Source: Lama guanicoe (Eukaryota). From it: 64,000 nt of DNA. Every line of letters starts with the position of its first letter. Position 1 is the stretch's first letter. The notes below the pieces were generated by a model, which had not been told where the DNA came from, did no database searches, and saw nothing but the letters and a program-made list of their open reading frames with translations. Made by a program: the position numbers and the translations under genes. The stretch is taken from positions 1,023,285 through 1,087,284 of the forward strand of contig MU053934.1 in the NCBI GenBank assembly GCA_013239625.1. Direction: 5' to 3'. This document shows, piece after piece, positions 22,585-36,214 of this stretch.

Positions 22585-25500
22585 ATGCCTATCTTCAGTT
22601 TTGGTAGCTGTTGCCAAAGAGTTTTTCCAAAGCTTCTGGGCAATTTACACTTATTTTCTCCAGCAGTGTATGAAGTTTTGGTCCCTTGTCAGCACTTAGT
22701 CAGCTTTTCATTCTGTTGGGTATGCAGTGGTATTTTACTGTGGTTTTAATTTGTATTGCCTTTACACTTAGATTGTGCATCTTTTCATTCACAGGTTTAA
22801 TGATCATTGGTATAGCCTATTTTGTAAAGTGCCTTTTAAAATATCTTCCTCACTTAAAACATTGTACTAATTTTTTTCTTAGTACTTTGTAAGAGTTCTT
22901 TGTATATTTAGGACACAATTCTTTGTTTGGATCTATCTTCTACCTATCTACCTACCCTTACTCTGTGCCTTGCCTTGTCACTTTTTTATTTTTTTGCTTT
23001 GTTAACTTTTTTTTCATATTGTCTTTTAGTTAACAAAAGTTTTCATTTCAACATAATCAAATTATCCAACTTTCCCCCTTAGTTTCTTTGTATCTACTTT
23101 CACAAAACTCTATCTCAATGTCACAAATGTTATCTCCTATGTTATTTTCTAGAATCTTTATTGTTTTATCTTTCACATTTAGATTTACTATCCATTTATA
23201 ATTAACTGATTAAAACTTTATTCAGTAAGTTATAATTCATTGCTATCATTTTAAATATTTTTGTTTAAACAGCTTTAGTGCAGTATAATTTACATATGAT
23301 AGAATGAATGTATTTAAAGTGTACACTTTGCTAAGTTTTGACCCATGTGCAAACCAATGAAATCATCATAAAAAATCAAGAAAATAAACATATAGATCAT
23401 CTCCAGAAGTTTATTAATGCCCTTTGTCACACTCCCCTCTATCACCTCTCCATTTCACAACTACCCCTGGCAACCACTGATCTTCTTTCTGCCCTAAACA
23501 TTAGTATGAGTTTTCTAGAGGTTTACGTAAGTGAAATCAACTGTATGTACCCCCATTTTGTCTGGTTTGTTTTTAATTCTCATAGTTATTTTTAAAGTTA
23601 TCCATGCCACTGCATGTATAAATAGTTCAATCCTTGTTATTAAGTAGTAGTCATTTGTGTAGATAAACACCAAGTTGTTTATCCATTTACCTATTTATGG
23701 ATATTTGGATTGTTTCCAGTTTGAGACTATTACAAATAAGGCTGCTAAGAACATGAGTCTGTAAGTCTTAAACAGACACACACTTTTATCTATACTGGGC
23801 AAATGCCCAGGAATGGAATGCCTTGGTTACAACGGAAGGTGTATGTGTAGATTCTTAGAAACTGCTAAACGTTTCCTCCAAAGTGGTTACGCTGTGTGAA
23901 ATTGATTGCAGTAGTGAATGAGATTTTGAACTGCCCCAAATCCTTATCATTATTTGATATGGTCAGTCTTCTTAATTTTAGACATCCTAATACATATGTA
24001 GTAGCATCTTATCGTGTGTATTTCAATTTGTATTTTCTTTGTGACCACTGATACACACTGTTTTATGTGCATATTTGCCATTCATGTATGTTTTTGATAG
24101 AATGTCTACTAAATCATTTGCTCACTTATTTATTGAGTTATTCTATTATTATTAATGAGTATTAATGGGTCTTTATATCAATATAAGTTCTTTATCAGAT
24201 ATGTAAATTGCTAGTATTTACTTCCAGCTAGTAATTTGTTTTTCCACTGTTTTAAAAAGTATCTTTTAAAGAGTAGAGCTTCTTAATTTTAATTAAGTTG
24301 AATTTATTCATATTTTATTTTGTAGATCATGATTTTGGTTTGTATCTAAGAAATTTTTGCCTCACCCGAGATGGCAGATCATTTTTCTGTGTTTTCTTCC
24401 AGAAATGTTACCATTTTAGGTTTTACATTTAGTTCTATTATCCTTTTAGAGTTAATTTTTTATATGGTGCAAAATATAAATAGAAGCTCTTAGATAGATA
24501 ATGGATGACAGATAGATAGATACATAGATACATAGATAGATAGATCACTGCTCTCCCACTATTTATTGGGGAAAAAAACAACTATACACTCTATCTACTG
24601 AATTGTTTTTGCACCTCTGTTGAAAATTAATCAACCATGTAAGTGTGGGTCTATTTGTGAAGAATCTACACTGATCCTTTGATCTATTTGTCTATCTTTA
24701 CACCAGTATCTATCTTGATTTATGTAGCCTTAGAATAAATCTTGAAGTTAAATAGTTTAAATCCTTTGTACTTGTTTTTCAAACTGGCTTTGCTCATTTT
24801 TGGCTCTTTGTATTTCTATATGAATACTGCAATCAACTATAAAAATATTGGGGGGATTTTTATTGGGATTGTATTTCATCTACAGATCATTTTGGGGAAA
24901 AATCTAAATCCGTTTGAGTTATTTGTGGTTTTTCAATCTATGACATATCTCTTCATTTACATGCATCCTCTTTATACTCTCTTTGTAAGGTTTTTTATTT
25001 TTCCATGTACGTGGGTTATCCCTGTACTAGGTTTATCCCTAAGTAGTTTTGATGCCATTAAAATGGTATCATTTCTGTAGTTTCATTTTTTGATTGTTCC
25101 TTGCTGGTATATAGGAATACAATTGGTTTTGTATACTGATATCATCCTGCAACCTTGCTAAATTCATATATTTGTTCCAGTAGTTTTGTATCGTCTATAT
25201 GGTTTTTTTTAATGTAGATAATTATGCCACCAGTGAATTTGGCTTTGCTTCTTTCTCTCTGACTAGGATTCCTTCTATTTCCTTTTCTCACCTTCTTACA
25301 CTGACTAGAATTTTCAATACAATATTGAGTAGAAGTGTCAAGAGGGCACAGTTTTATCTTGTTTTTGATCTTTGGGGAAAATCATTTAGTCTTTTAGTGT
25401 TAAGTGTTTCTTGTAGGTTTCCCAGAGATACTCACTAGGGGATTAAGGAAGTTCCTTTTATCCCTTGTTCGCTGAGAGTTTTCATCAGGATATTGAATAT

Positions 25501-25630
25501 TACAATATGGAATTTTGTAATTTGAATATTGAATTTTACAATAATTTTTCTTCTTTTTTTTGAGATATCATATAATTTTCCATTTTTAGTCTGTTAATAC
25601 AGTGAATTACATTGGTTTTCAAATGTTTAA
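22585..25630 (-). mobile_element. Ancient L1M fragments (at least two nested 3'/ORF2 pieces; second starts ~23265)
   Basis: Antisense L1 hallmarks: tttaaacagctttagtgcagtataatttacata, tttggattgtttccagtttgagactattacaaataaggctgcta, ttgctggtatataggaatacaattgg. All frames are disrupted. Confidence 0.85.
24491..24545. repeat. Imperfect (TAGA)n tetranucleotide repeat
   Basis: Direct reading. Confidence 0.85.
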
Positions 25631-25683
25631 GGACAAATGATCAGCAGTTTTGAATTTATCTATAACCTTGGTTTCCCTTTCCT

Positions 25684-26159
25684 GTGAGTGTTAGTTTCCT
25701 GTCACTGCTTATCAAGTTATCCAAACTTAGTGACTTAAAATGATAAAACGTATTATCTCCCAGTTCTGGATGTCAAAAGTACAAAATGAATCTTAAAGGA
25801 CAAAAATCAAGGTGTCACTAGTGCTGGTTCCTTCTGGAGGCTCCGAGGAAGACTCTCTTCCTTACCTTTTCCAGCTTCTGGAGGCTGCTGGCATTCCTCG
25901 GCTCCTGGCCACACCACTCCCCTCACTGCTTCTGTTGCCACATTGCTTTCTCCTTTGTCTCTGACCCTCTTGTGTCCCTCTTATGAGGCTCACTGGAAGT
26001 CCAGCAGGCCCACCTGAAAAATTCAGGATAATCTCCCCATCTCATGATCCTTAACGTAACCACATCTGCGAAGTCCCTTTTGCCAGATAAACTAACATTC
26101 ACAGGTTCTGGGGATTAGACCATGGAAATATTTGGGGGGCCATTATTCAGTCTGCTGCA
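25684..26159 (-). mobile_element. MLT1D-like MaLR solo LTR
   Basis: aaatcaaggtgtc...ggttccttctggaggctc...caggataatctccccatctcatgatccttaac...cacatctgcgaagtcccttttgcca...ggggggccattattcagtct. Confidence 0.85.
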
Positions 26160-26219
26160 TCATGCACCGTAGCATATTCATGTATGTTGGAGATTAGTCT
26201 ATTAACACCTTTAGGGAGG

Positions 26220-27300
26220 CATTATCCTGACTACCGTATCCCTTTACCTGTGATTGTTCCTTCTGAATATATTAACAAGTCGATATTGGAAGTTCTGTAT
26301 CTTCTTCATACCTCTTAACTCTTCTCCCATATTTTTCATCTCTTTGTCTTATTGTACTTTGTCTTATTGTACTTGGTTCAGTCTTTCAGCTCATTAATTG
26401 AATCTTTAGCTATTCATATTCTACCATTTATCTCTTAATACATTTTTTTCCTAATTATCCTATTTTTAAGTTCTAAAACTGTGGTTCTATTTCATAGCAG
26501 ATGGTTTTTTAATCTCCCTGAGGATATTAGCTATATTTACTCTGAAGTTTTTTCTCTATATCCTCAATTATAATTTGTTTTTCTGTGGGGGGCAATTTTT
26601 CTTGTTATTCAGTCTGACGCCTCTTTCAAGGTGCATGTTTATTCAAGTATTAGATGATTCTATTTGTAGTTTAAGGTTAGACTGGACAATAGTGGAAGAC
26701 GTTACACATGTTATTGAATCAAACACATATCTCTATAAACCTGTCAATGAATCTAAATTCTGCACATTACAAGAGCACTTCCTTAGTGATGACAAATGAG
26801 GGGAAAGATGCATTTTCTGCTTTAGCATCTGGCTGTTGTTAATCTTGTTTCTCTGGACACGGAGCACCTGAGGTCTCCCAAGTTAAACCTATACTTCCAA
26901 CTACTTTGTTGGAGACCTTAACTGCAACTAACTTTCCCCAAACTGAAACTTTCTATCTGCATGCATGTATGTTCTTACATATTTAACTCAGACTCTGCTC
27001 TGTTTATTTCCCCAATGCCAACACTTGTGCTAAGAGCCCTTCCAGGAAAAGTTACTTGCTTTGTTTATACACCGGTTCTCAAGGCTTTCGCCCAGGAGCA
27101 AAAGCCATCGCCACCAGTGTCCAATATGGAGAAGGGAGAGAAGTTCGGAGTGAGCAGCTGTTTCAAATTTAGTTCTTTAATTAATTTATCTGATTATTTC
27201 TCCATTTCCCCTCTAGATCTTTGTATATGTTCACTCTTACTTGACATTTCTCTGGAGATTCTGTGGGAAAACTGTCTTTAACATCCGTAGTTGCTTTTCC
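26220..27300 (-). mobile_element. Degraded L1/HAL1 ORF1-5' region
   Basis: T-rich antisense ORF1-like text (tctttcagctcattaatt...ttttaatctccctgaggatattag). Very diverged. Confidence 0.45.
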
Positions 27301-28811
27301 CCAAATTTGACTTTTTCTGTCCTTGTTTCTCATTTAGCCTAATCGAATTTGCCTTATTTTTCTTTCCCTTTGATATTTTGTTTTTCTTTGACTTATAATC
27401 ATAAGTGGAATTGCTGGGTCATCAAGTATGTTTATCTTCTTCTATAACAGATATTGCCACATCATTCACCAAAGTGTGTGAAACAATTTTCAGTCCCACC
27501 ACGCGTGTAAGAGTTGCCATTTATCCACATCCTCACAATACTTAGTATTGTCATCCTTAATAAATCTTACTTAACTGGCAGTTATGAAATAGTATTTTGT
27601 AGTTTTAATTTTCAATTTCCTGAATATTGGTGAAATAGAGTATCTTTTCATATTTTACTGGGTATTTTGTTATTTTCTCTGTGAATTAACATTTTATTGA
27701 TTAATTTACCTTTTGTTGATAGGAAGTTTCTTATATGTTCTAGTTAGTAATTCACATTAATCATATTGAATTGCAGATATCTTGTGGCAATTTGTGGTCT
27801 GTCCTTTTACTTCATTTATGTGAGCTTTGATTTATGGAAGTCATTGATTTTAATGTAATATAATGTAACTTTTCTTTATGCTCTATGGTTTTGTGTTTGA
27901 TTAAAATGAAACTTTGCTACTGTAAGTTTATATAGACAGTCTTCTCAGTTTTTTTTCAAAGATTAAAAAGATCCCATGTTATATTTTGGTCTTGAGTTCA
28001 CCTGGAATATATTTTTATTTATGAATGAGTTAGGGATGCATTTTCCCCCTATGCATAGTTAAATATCCCCACAACTTTCATTCAGTAAACTATCCTTTCT
28101 CCACTGGTCTGCAATACCTATTTTAATTGTGAAGTTTCTATTTATTCAATTTTGTTTCCAGGCTCTTTCTCCTGGTCCATTGTTCGATTTGTCTATTCCT
28201 TTTAAAATGCCATGTTTAACAAAATAGCACATAGATAGAATTAGTTTCATATTTGATAGGGCATGTTCCCTCACCAGGTTTTTCTTTCTCAAAAAGGCCC
28301 ATTTTTAGCTCATTAATTTTCCAAATAAATTTTAGAATCAGCTTATTAAAGTCCACAAATAACTCTGCTGGGATTTTAACTAGAATCATTTGAATGTTTA
28401 CCTATATTTGGGTATAAGAATCAGATTTACAATCTTAATCCTACCAATGTACACAGGCTATTTTCCCATTTTTGTATGTAATTTCTACAATATTTTATAA
28501 TGATGTTATATTCATCATAAAGGTCTTTCTTTAGATTTTTTTCTCTCCAAGTATCTGATCATTTTCTTCCTTGTAAATAATCATTACCTAATTAACTATT
28601 CATTGCTGCTGAATAGGAAGGCAAATATCTTTTGTATGATTATCTTATTTCTAGACAACTTGGCAATCGCTCTTATTAATTTTAATAATTTGCTTATAGA
28701 GTCCCTTGGATTTTCCAAACTAGCAATCATGATACCTGGGTGTTAAGGGAAGTTTCAACTCTAATATTTTTTGTTCCTTGTCTAGTTCTGCTAATAAAAC
28801 TTCAGTGTAAT

Positions 28812-28908
28812 GCTATGCAGGTTGAGTTCTGTACTCCTCTAGGGAGCACCTTTGATGTCGTAAAGCATATTGGGCAATGCAGCAACGCTGTGCACTGGCA
28901 AGGACCAC
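28812..28908. mobile_element. Short MER91-like hAT fragment inserted in L1
   Basis: tgcaggttgagttctgtactcctctagggagcacc resembles MER91. The L1 text resumes at agtagaagcagtg. Confidence 0.4.
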
Positions 28909-30802
28909 AGTAGAAGCAGTGCCAGCAGAGAGCCCTGTCGTATTTCTGATTTGATAAGGAATGGGTTCTACTGTTTTGCTCAATAATTATGACATTTTCT
29001 GCAGGTCTTTTATAGATATACTGTATGAAATTATATATGTTCTCTTCTAATTTAATTGCTAAGAATTTTGTCCCTATGAGTATCATCTTTAGCATTATTT
29101 TTTCATTTCCTACTGAGATAATCACGTTTTTCCTATAATCTCTAAAAACGGCGAATGTCAAAAGCAAATGATCTCATGTTAAATTCTTGTATTCTGGAGT
29201 AAACCAAACTTTATCATAATTATGAGTGTATGGAAATAGAAAGATTGAGAGAGAGAGACAGACAGAGAGAGAGAGAAACTTATACAACGTTTGATTTGCT
29301 AAGACACATTGATCATTTTGATCATTTTTGGCCTCTAAGTGTGATAGACCTGTCACTTTATCTTCACAGAATCATTGTCTGATATTGATATAAAGGGCAT
29401 ACTAGGCTTATATAGTGAAACTAGACTATTACCTTAACACTGTTTGACTTCTCTATGAGAATTTCCATAACATTGGAATGCTGCTTCTTGGTACTTTCAG
29501 TAGAAATTACCTGTAAATCTGTTTGTGGTGGTTTTTTTTTTAACTCATATTCAGTTTCTTTAATGATATTGGTCTGTTCTGAATTTTTTTCCCCTTTTTG
29601 TTGGTTTTGGTAAGCTATGTTTTCTCTGTATTTAAGAAATTGTCCATGTAATAAAATTTTTAAAATCTATTTTTAAATAGCATTCTTTTCCTTATCTTTT
29701 GAATCTTCCCTCCATCTATAAATGTGTCTCTCTTTTCTACTCCATCCTCATATTACTTACTTAGACTTTATCTCTTTTTTGTACGATAAATCATGCCAGG
29801 TTATCTATTTTATTAGTTTAGAGTTAAAAAAAAAAACTATTAGCATCAGTTTCCTGTATATTTTAAGTTTGTTTCTATGGTTGTATGTTCTTATCTTTGT
29901 TTTTTCCCTATCTGATCAGCTTTGTTTTCACTCCATTTTATTTTACTCTGAATTCTTAAGTGAATATTTATCTCATCAATGTTCAGATTTCTAGCACAAT
30001 TCTTAAAGAACATCACGTTTGTTCCAATTCTGCCTTCAGTTGTATCCCATAAAGTGTGATACGTGTTACTTACATTGCTCCAGTCCCTTCTCTTTCTTGA
30101 AATATTGAATTTAAAAAAAATTCTAATTTAAATTGCATTGTGGTAAGAAAGGCAATGCATGTGATGATTTTTGGAAATTTGTTGAGCTAAGCTTATGATC
30201 TGATAGTTGTTTATTTTCGTAAATGTTGACTGTATGAATTTTTCATATGTGACATCTTTATAAACGTTGACTCAAGAAGAACGTATGTTCTTTGAGTTGG
30301 GGGTCAGTGTTCTTAGAACTCATAAATAAAGTTCGTCAATTATGTTGCTCAAATTTTTTGTCAATTGTGTTGTTTTTTCCTTTTATATACTCAGTTTTTT
30401 GTCTGCTTTTTCATTGAATACTGAAAATGGTGTATTAAAATATCCTCCAGTTATTCACTGTAATTTTATCATTTATTTTTGAATTCTGTTTATTTTTCAT
30501 CACAAATTATGTATATATGTGTACATACATGTTAAGTGCATGAAGCTCTGAAATATACATACAACTTCCGAATTGTCACATTTTCCCAGTGAAGTATACT
30601 TTTACTATCACTTAGGGATCCTTTTTATTACCACAAAGCTTTGGTTTTCAAGTTAGTTTTAAAATTCTGATATTACTATAATGTACGAGGTTTCTCTTTT
30701 CCTGAATTTACCTGATACAGGTTTATGCTGATGATTTTACTTTCAATGTTTGTTTGTACTTATCTTTTAAGTACATGTCTCTTGTAAAACACATAGAACT
30801 GA

Positions 30803-31263
30803 GTGCACTCATTTGTTAAGGCTGCCGTAACTGTACCACAAAAAGCACCAGAAAATTGGATGGTTTCAACACAGAAATTTATGGTCTCAAGGTTCTGGAG
30901 TCTAGAAATCTGAGGCAAGGTGTTAATAGTTTTTGTTCTTTCTGAGGTCTGCAAAGAAAATATGCCTCTTTCCTAGTTTCCGATCATTTTGATGATTTTT
31001 GACAGTCTTTGGCTTATAGAAGCATCACCCTGATCTCTGCCTTCGAATCCACGTGTCTCCTCTCTGTATGTATGTCTCTGAGTTCGTGTTTACCCTTTTC
31101 CTAAGAACACCGGTCATGTTGGATGTGGGGCCCACTCTACTTTAGTGTGAGCTCACCTTCACCAATCCTACCTGCAATGACCCTATTTCCAAATAAGACT
31201 ATATTTTGAGGATTAGGACTTTAACATATGAATTTTGGGGGAAACATTGCTCCAACCATAACA
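30803..31263 (-). mobile_element. MLT1C-like MaLR solo LTR nested in L1
   Basis: aggctgccgtaac...cagaaatttatggtctcaaggttctggagtctagaaatctgag...gaagcatcaccctgatctctgcc...ctgcaatgaccctatttccaaataag...ccataaca. Confidence 0.85.
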
Positions 31264-31289
31264 CCAAGATATAAATACCCAATCTCTCT

Positions 31290-31435
31290 CTCCATATATA
31301 TGTATTTACATGTGTATAATACACACATATATGTATTTGATTGTCTTATATATATAATAATATAAATATTTTTGTATATGATACAATGTACATATAATAT
31401 AAATATTATATATTTGTATATTCATATATATTTGA
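31290..31435. repeat. AT-rich degenerate (TA)n low-complexity tract
   Basis: Direct reading. Confidence 0.8.
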
Positions 31436-34400
31436 ATTTGTCTATTTTTGCTTTCTATTTTATCTATTTTATAGTTATTTTTCTCTTTTCCTGTCTTATT
31501 TTTGATTGATCAGTTTTTAAAATTTTTTAAGTTACACAGTACATTTCTATTATTTTTGTGCTAATCATTAAAATGTAGTTAAGTGTACAATCACTTACAG
31601 AGTTTTACAAGGAGCTTAGAAGAATTTTTCTGTAATATATTCATATTATTTTTATTTTTAGCCTGTAAATTTTCACTTCCAATTTGCCTTTATACACTTC
31701 TAAGTTAGTCATTGTTATTATCATTGTTTCATATAGACAATACTTCTAAAATTCTCTGTCACCTTTATCTGTTAAATTACCCACTGCTTTTTGTATCTAA
31801 CACCTTCCTCTGGATACAAGTTTCTTCCTTCTGACATATGGTTTTTAGACAGTCGCTAGTAAGGAAATTTAGGTAATAAACTCAGTTTTGTTTTCCTGAA
31901 AAATAATCAGCTATTAATTTTAGGTTGAAAGTCATTCTTCTCTCTGTCTTCCTTCTTTCTTGCTGTAGCAAATTTCCTCTATTTTCATGTTCTTTGGTAT
32001 TATAACCATAGCTTCAGATGTGGATTTTTTAAAAATTTACTCTGATTGATATTCATTGTTTCCTAAATCTGAAAACATAATTCCTTTATCAATTATGGAA
32101 ATTTTTACCCATTATATCTTCAACAATTGCCATATCCCTCCATCCTCTCAATCTCTTCCCTAGAAATCTAAATTCCTCTCTTGATTCTCTGTATTTGATA
32201 TGTTGCCACTCTCTTTTACTCTCTGTGCTGCATTCTGAACACTTTCCAATATTTATTCCACTTCAAAGATTCCTCTGTTCTCTTTTTAAAACCGTTTACT
32301 AAATTACTAATTTCAATAAGTGTACCTCATTTTTAAGAAGATTTATTTGGCTCTTTGTCAATTCTACTTTGTATTTTTTAACGTGTAGTGTTTGTTTCCT
32401 ATGTTTTCGATTCTGCTTTTAATTTTCTATTTATAGTCTGAATCCAGTAATTCTATTAGCTGAAGTTATCGAGAGTCTCACTCTGGCATTTATCCTTTCT
32501 GCTGCATCTCTCTCTCTGGCTTCATTTTCACATGCTTTCCTTCTTAAACTTGAATATCTTCTTCAGTGCATATCCAGCTTTTAAAACTTTGTGAAGCCTA
32601 AATTGAAGGCATTTCTCTCCTGAAAGATTTTCATTTGTTACTAGAGGGACCCTGATGTGCTTGGGGTTTCTCAGAACCTCAATTTCTGACAATGGGCAGC
32701 TATGGTTGTAAATAAACAGGGAAGATGTTCCCCCTCCCAAAGTCCATGCTGTGACAGACACTTTCCCCCGCAGCCTCCTTTGTTACAGGAGATATTTTTT
32801 CAAATACACTATTTTACCCACAGTGTTGCCCATGGAGGGTTCCAGGTTTATGTAGAGTTTCAGTTCCAATTTCCACCTTTAAAAAGCCAAAGGCCTTGTT
32901 TTCTTCTGTGACAACCACTAAAACTCAAACCTCTTGGTTAATAAGCACAGCAAATGTTCCCGGGCTAGTCTCTACATGGGTGGCAGCTTACAGCTTGAAT
33001 ATTTCATGTCTCCCTCTGTTTCAGGTCCTTGGAGATTTATCCTTCATTCTCAGAAGCTCAGCTATGCATTTGAAAGAATGCTTGTAACATTTTATCCATC
33101 ATTTCCAAGTACTTTTTTTTCAGGATTTTTTCAAAAGTTTTCTCAGATAGCCTGAAATAGAGATATTATGACTGCTTTCTATATTTTAAATATACATCAA
33201 AATTATGGTCCACCGATGACATCTTCTTACATTTTCCAGTGCTGTTGAATATTTACTATCTTTTATAATACCTTTTCCATCACTCAAAGGGATTTTTATG
33301 CAAAAGTTATAAATAGTAGGTGAATTCAGTCTTCCATCTTGACCCAATTTTTGAACGGGGTCTTGAAGATTTAGTAGGTACTTGCCAGGTAGGATGGAGA
33401 CCAAGAAAACAGTTATGAAAACATATACTTTCTTTAGAAAACAATGAAAGTTAAATATAGCTGCAGAGCACTGTCTGTTAGAACAGAGAGACAGGCTCAA
33501 TCTCAGAGTTAGGTAGGTTTAGATGACATTAAAAAGGGTCTTACCTAACAGGACAGGAGTCTGGGTTCTGCCATATAATTCAGCGAAAATAGTTGCCATT
33601 TATTCATGACCTGCTAGGTGGTAGGCACTGTACTGGGGGTTTTACATAGGGTACTCTGATTGTCTTCATTTTACAAATAAAATGGGCAAGGTGGGATTTA
33701 GTTTCCTGAGGTTACACAGATCCCAGGAGGTGGAGCTGGATATAGAGCCCATGAATTAGATTAATTTCTTCAGTGTTCCCCAATAAACAAAGCTAAGTTG
33801 GTAAACGATTTTAAGACAAAAGTGGAGGAATAAAACTGGTTACTCTGGAAAATTTTCCTGTTGCCCATCTAGCGTGACGAATGAAGGAAAGACATGCCTT
33901 GGCACTCTTAGCTGCTGATCAGCTTAGAGAAGAAACTTGAAGAACAGAGGGAAGAACAAACGAGGACCTTGCAGGTAATTGTAAAAGCCTGCACATCTTC
34001 ATCATTTGGGAGGTCACTGGAGGGTTTTAGGAGAGGAGAGCCTTCGGAATTTGTAATGAAGCAGTCTCATGGCCATATGGAGAATGGATTAAGAGAGGGT
34101 TGAAGCAAAGAATTATGCAGTCCTGCATACTCTATTACCTTTATTTATAGGGACAATAGTTGGGACTCCCTGGTTGATAGCAGAGGTGAGGAATACAAGA
34201 CATTTAAAAGAGAGCAGTTTGGGGAGGACCAGCTGCATAGAGCGGTCCATGGATGACCACATTATCTTTCTGAAGAGAGAAGGAGGGGAGGAGAGATCAC
34301 GGTGAGGTGGCAAAATGGGAAAAATAATACGGGCAGGAAGCACCAGTGAAATGAATGTAAGTCACATTCCGTTTGGTTAACATTTGTATCCCACACTTCA

Positions 34401-34489
34401 GAAATTCTCTGAGAACTGGGAAAGAGAAAGTGGCTTTGCCATGTGGAAATATTCTATGTAAATGAAAAATGATTAACAACTGCACATTC

Positions 34490-34670
34490 ACATTACACAT
34501 ATGCCCTCTTATTTGATACTTTAAACAACTCTGAGAGACAAACATTATTACTCGCCATTTAGCCATAGGAAACTGAGGCTCAGAGATGTTAAGTAACTTT
34601 CCTCAAGTCAACCGCTAGTGGCTGGCAGAGATGGAATTCAAACAGAGGGTTATGGCCCTAAAAGTTGTTC
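34490..34670 (-). mobile_element. MIR SINE
   Basis: aggaaactgaggctcagagatgttaagtaactttcctcaagtca. Confidence 0.8.
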
Positions 34671-36214
34671 TTTGTGAGGACACCATGCTGGGAGGAAAAC
34701 TTTTTCTTCATCAGCGTGAGGATTATTCTGCAGTGGATTGGAACTCAGAGGGGAGCTCAAGAAAATCACAGTCGCAGCTCAGACGGAACGTCCTGGAGGT
34801 GGCTTTCTCTTTCTCTAATGTTTCCAAGTGTGTCATTCCCAGGATAACTTTCCCTGGTGCTGGAGACAGTTCCTCCTCCCGGAATTCAGGTTTAGTTCTA
34901 ATTCTTGAAGCCTCTTTTTCCCTCCCGTGGGCCAGAAACCAGAGCTCCAGAGGGTGCCCCAGTCTGTTCGCATCAAGACAGCTCTGCCTGCCCCGGGGGC
35001 CCATGCTCTCTCTAAATCCTAACCTGCATCTGCTGCTTCCTAATGATGGAAACTGCTGATGCCACGCTGGGGGAGGGGTGCATTTAGGGGATGTCCCAGG
35101 GCTCTGTTAAAAAGCTCTGCTTTTATAGCAGGCAACGTGGGGGCAGGGATACAGAAATCACTTCTTTTCCACTGTCACCACTCTCCATCACCATGGGCCG
35201 TGTGTGTGCTTGTTCGTGTGTGTCTGTGTGTGTGTCTGTGTGCGAATTGGTTCCTCTATTTCTCCAGATAAAAATATCCAACTACTTTCTCTTTTGTTTC
35301 TCTTTGTTCTAAAACTCAGAGTTCACCATCCTGTGAGTAGAGGAATCAGAATGACGTAAGAATTCCATGGGTCCAGAGAATCAGGAAAGAGGACATTCAA
35401 GGAAGGAAGGAGTGGGGGGAAAGCCTAAAAGAGAGAAAGCCGACCTCAGCTTCCCAGAATTCCATCAGCTGATACCATAAATAAAGTAAAACAAATGTAA
35501 GGTCACATCCAAAGTTGATCAATTCTTGCCAACTAGGTAGCTTCAGTTTACACCTACTGAGCACTTGCTTTATGTCGGGTATGGGATGTTAAAATTTTCT
35601 TCTACCGTCTCTCATTTAATACTCATACAGACCTAAAGAGGTAGCCATTGTGAGCTGTCTTTTACAGAGGAGAAAAGTGACATTCCCAAAGATTAAATGA
35701 TGTGTCCATGTTCATTCAGCTCTCAGTATCAGAGGCAGGGTTCTAACCCAAGTCTGAGACTCTTCCCACTACGAGGTCCTGCCTCCTTTTCCAAGAGTGG
35801 CTGGTAATTGGAATTGAATAGAAGGAAAACGAGCTCCTGGGGAAAGAAAAGGGGCACAGAAAAGTGGTTGCATCATGTTCACTTATCTGCATCCATGCTG
35901 ACATAGATCTGGCACAATGCAACTCATTAACCATCTCTACTTTGAGTCTTTGTTTCCTCTCCTCAGTGTCATACTCTGAACTTGCTCCCACAGTTCTGTT
36001 CTGCTCTTTCTGGGCCCCTCGCCGGTTTGCAAGGCCCTTGGAATTCGATTCTATTCATCACAAAGGCATTAAGTGGTCCAGTGCGCTGGCCACTGAGACA
36101 CCAGGGGACACAAATATGGCTGCAGCTTAGAAGGAAAAGGGGACAAGAGGTGGAATCAGATCCAGAGTTTGGTGTCTGCTTCATATATGGCTGCCAGGAA
36201 CATAAAGGGATGTA

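Larger units (their letters stand above)
27400..33175 (-). mobile_element. Long ancient L1 (L1ME-like) running from ORF2 to the 5' end, with nested insertions
   Basis: Starts aagtggaattgctgggtcatcaagtatg and continues through ORF2-like (aattttagaatcagctt, ttgcattgtggtaaga) and ORF1-like text to a 5'-end-like tcagaagctcagctatgcattt...ttttatccatcatttcc. Confidence 0.75.

Noticed and set aside
26342..26374. 15-bp tandem duplication (ctttgtcttattgta x2); a similar 13-bp one at ~39192
   Set aside because: Ordinary slippage duplications inside dead L1 sequence.
34631..35059. 142-aa ORF
   Set aside because: Starts inside a MIR; composition is typical of non-coding DNA.
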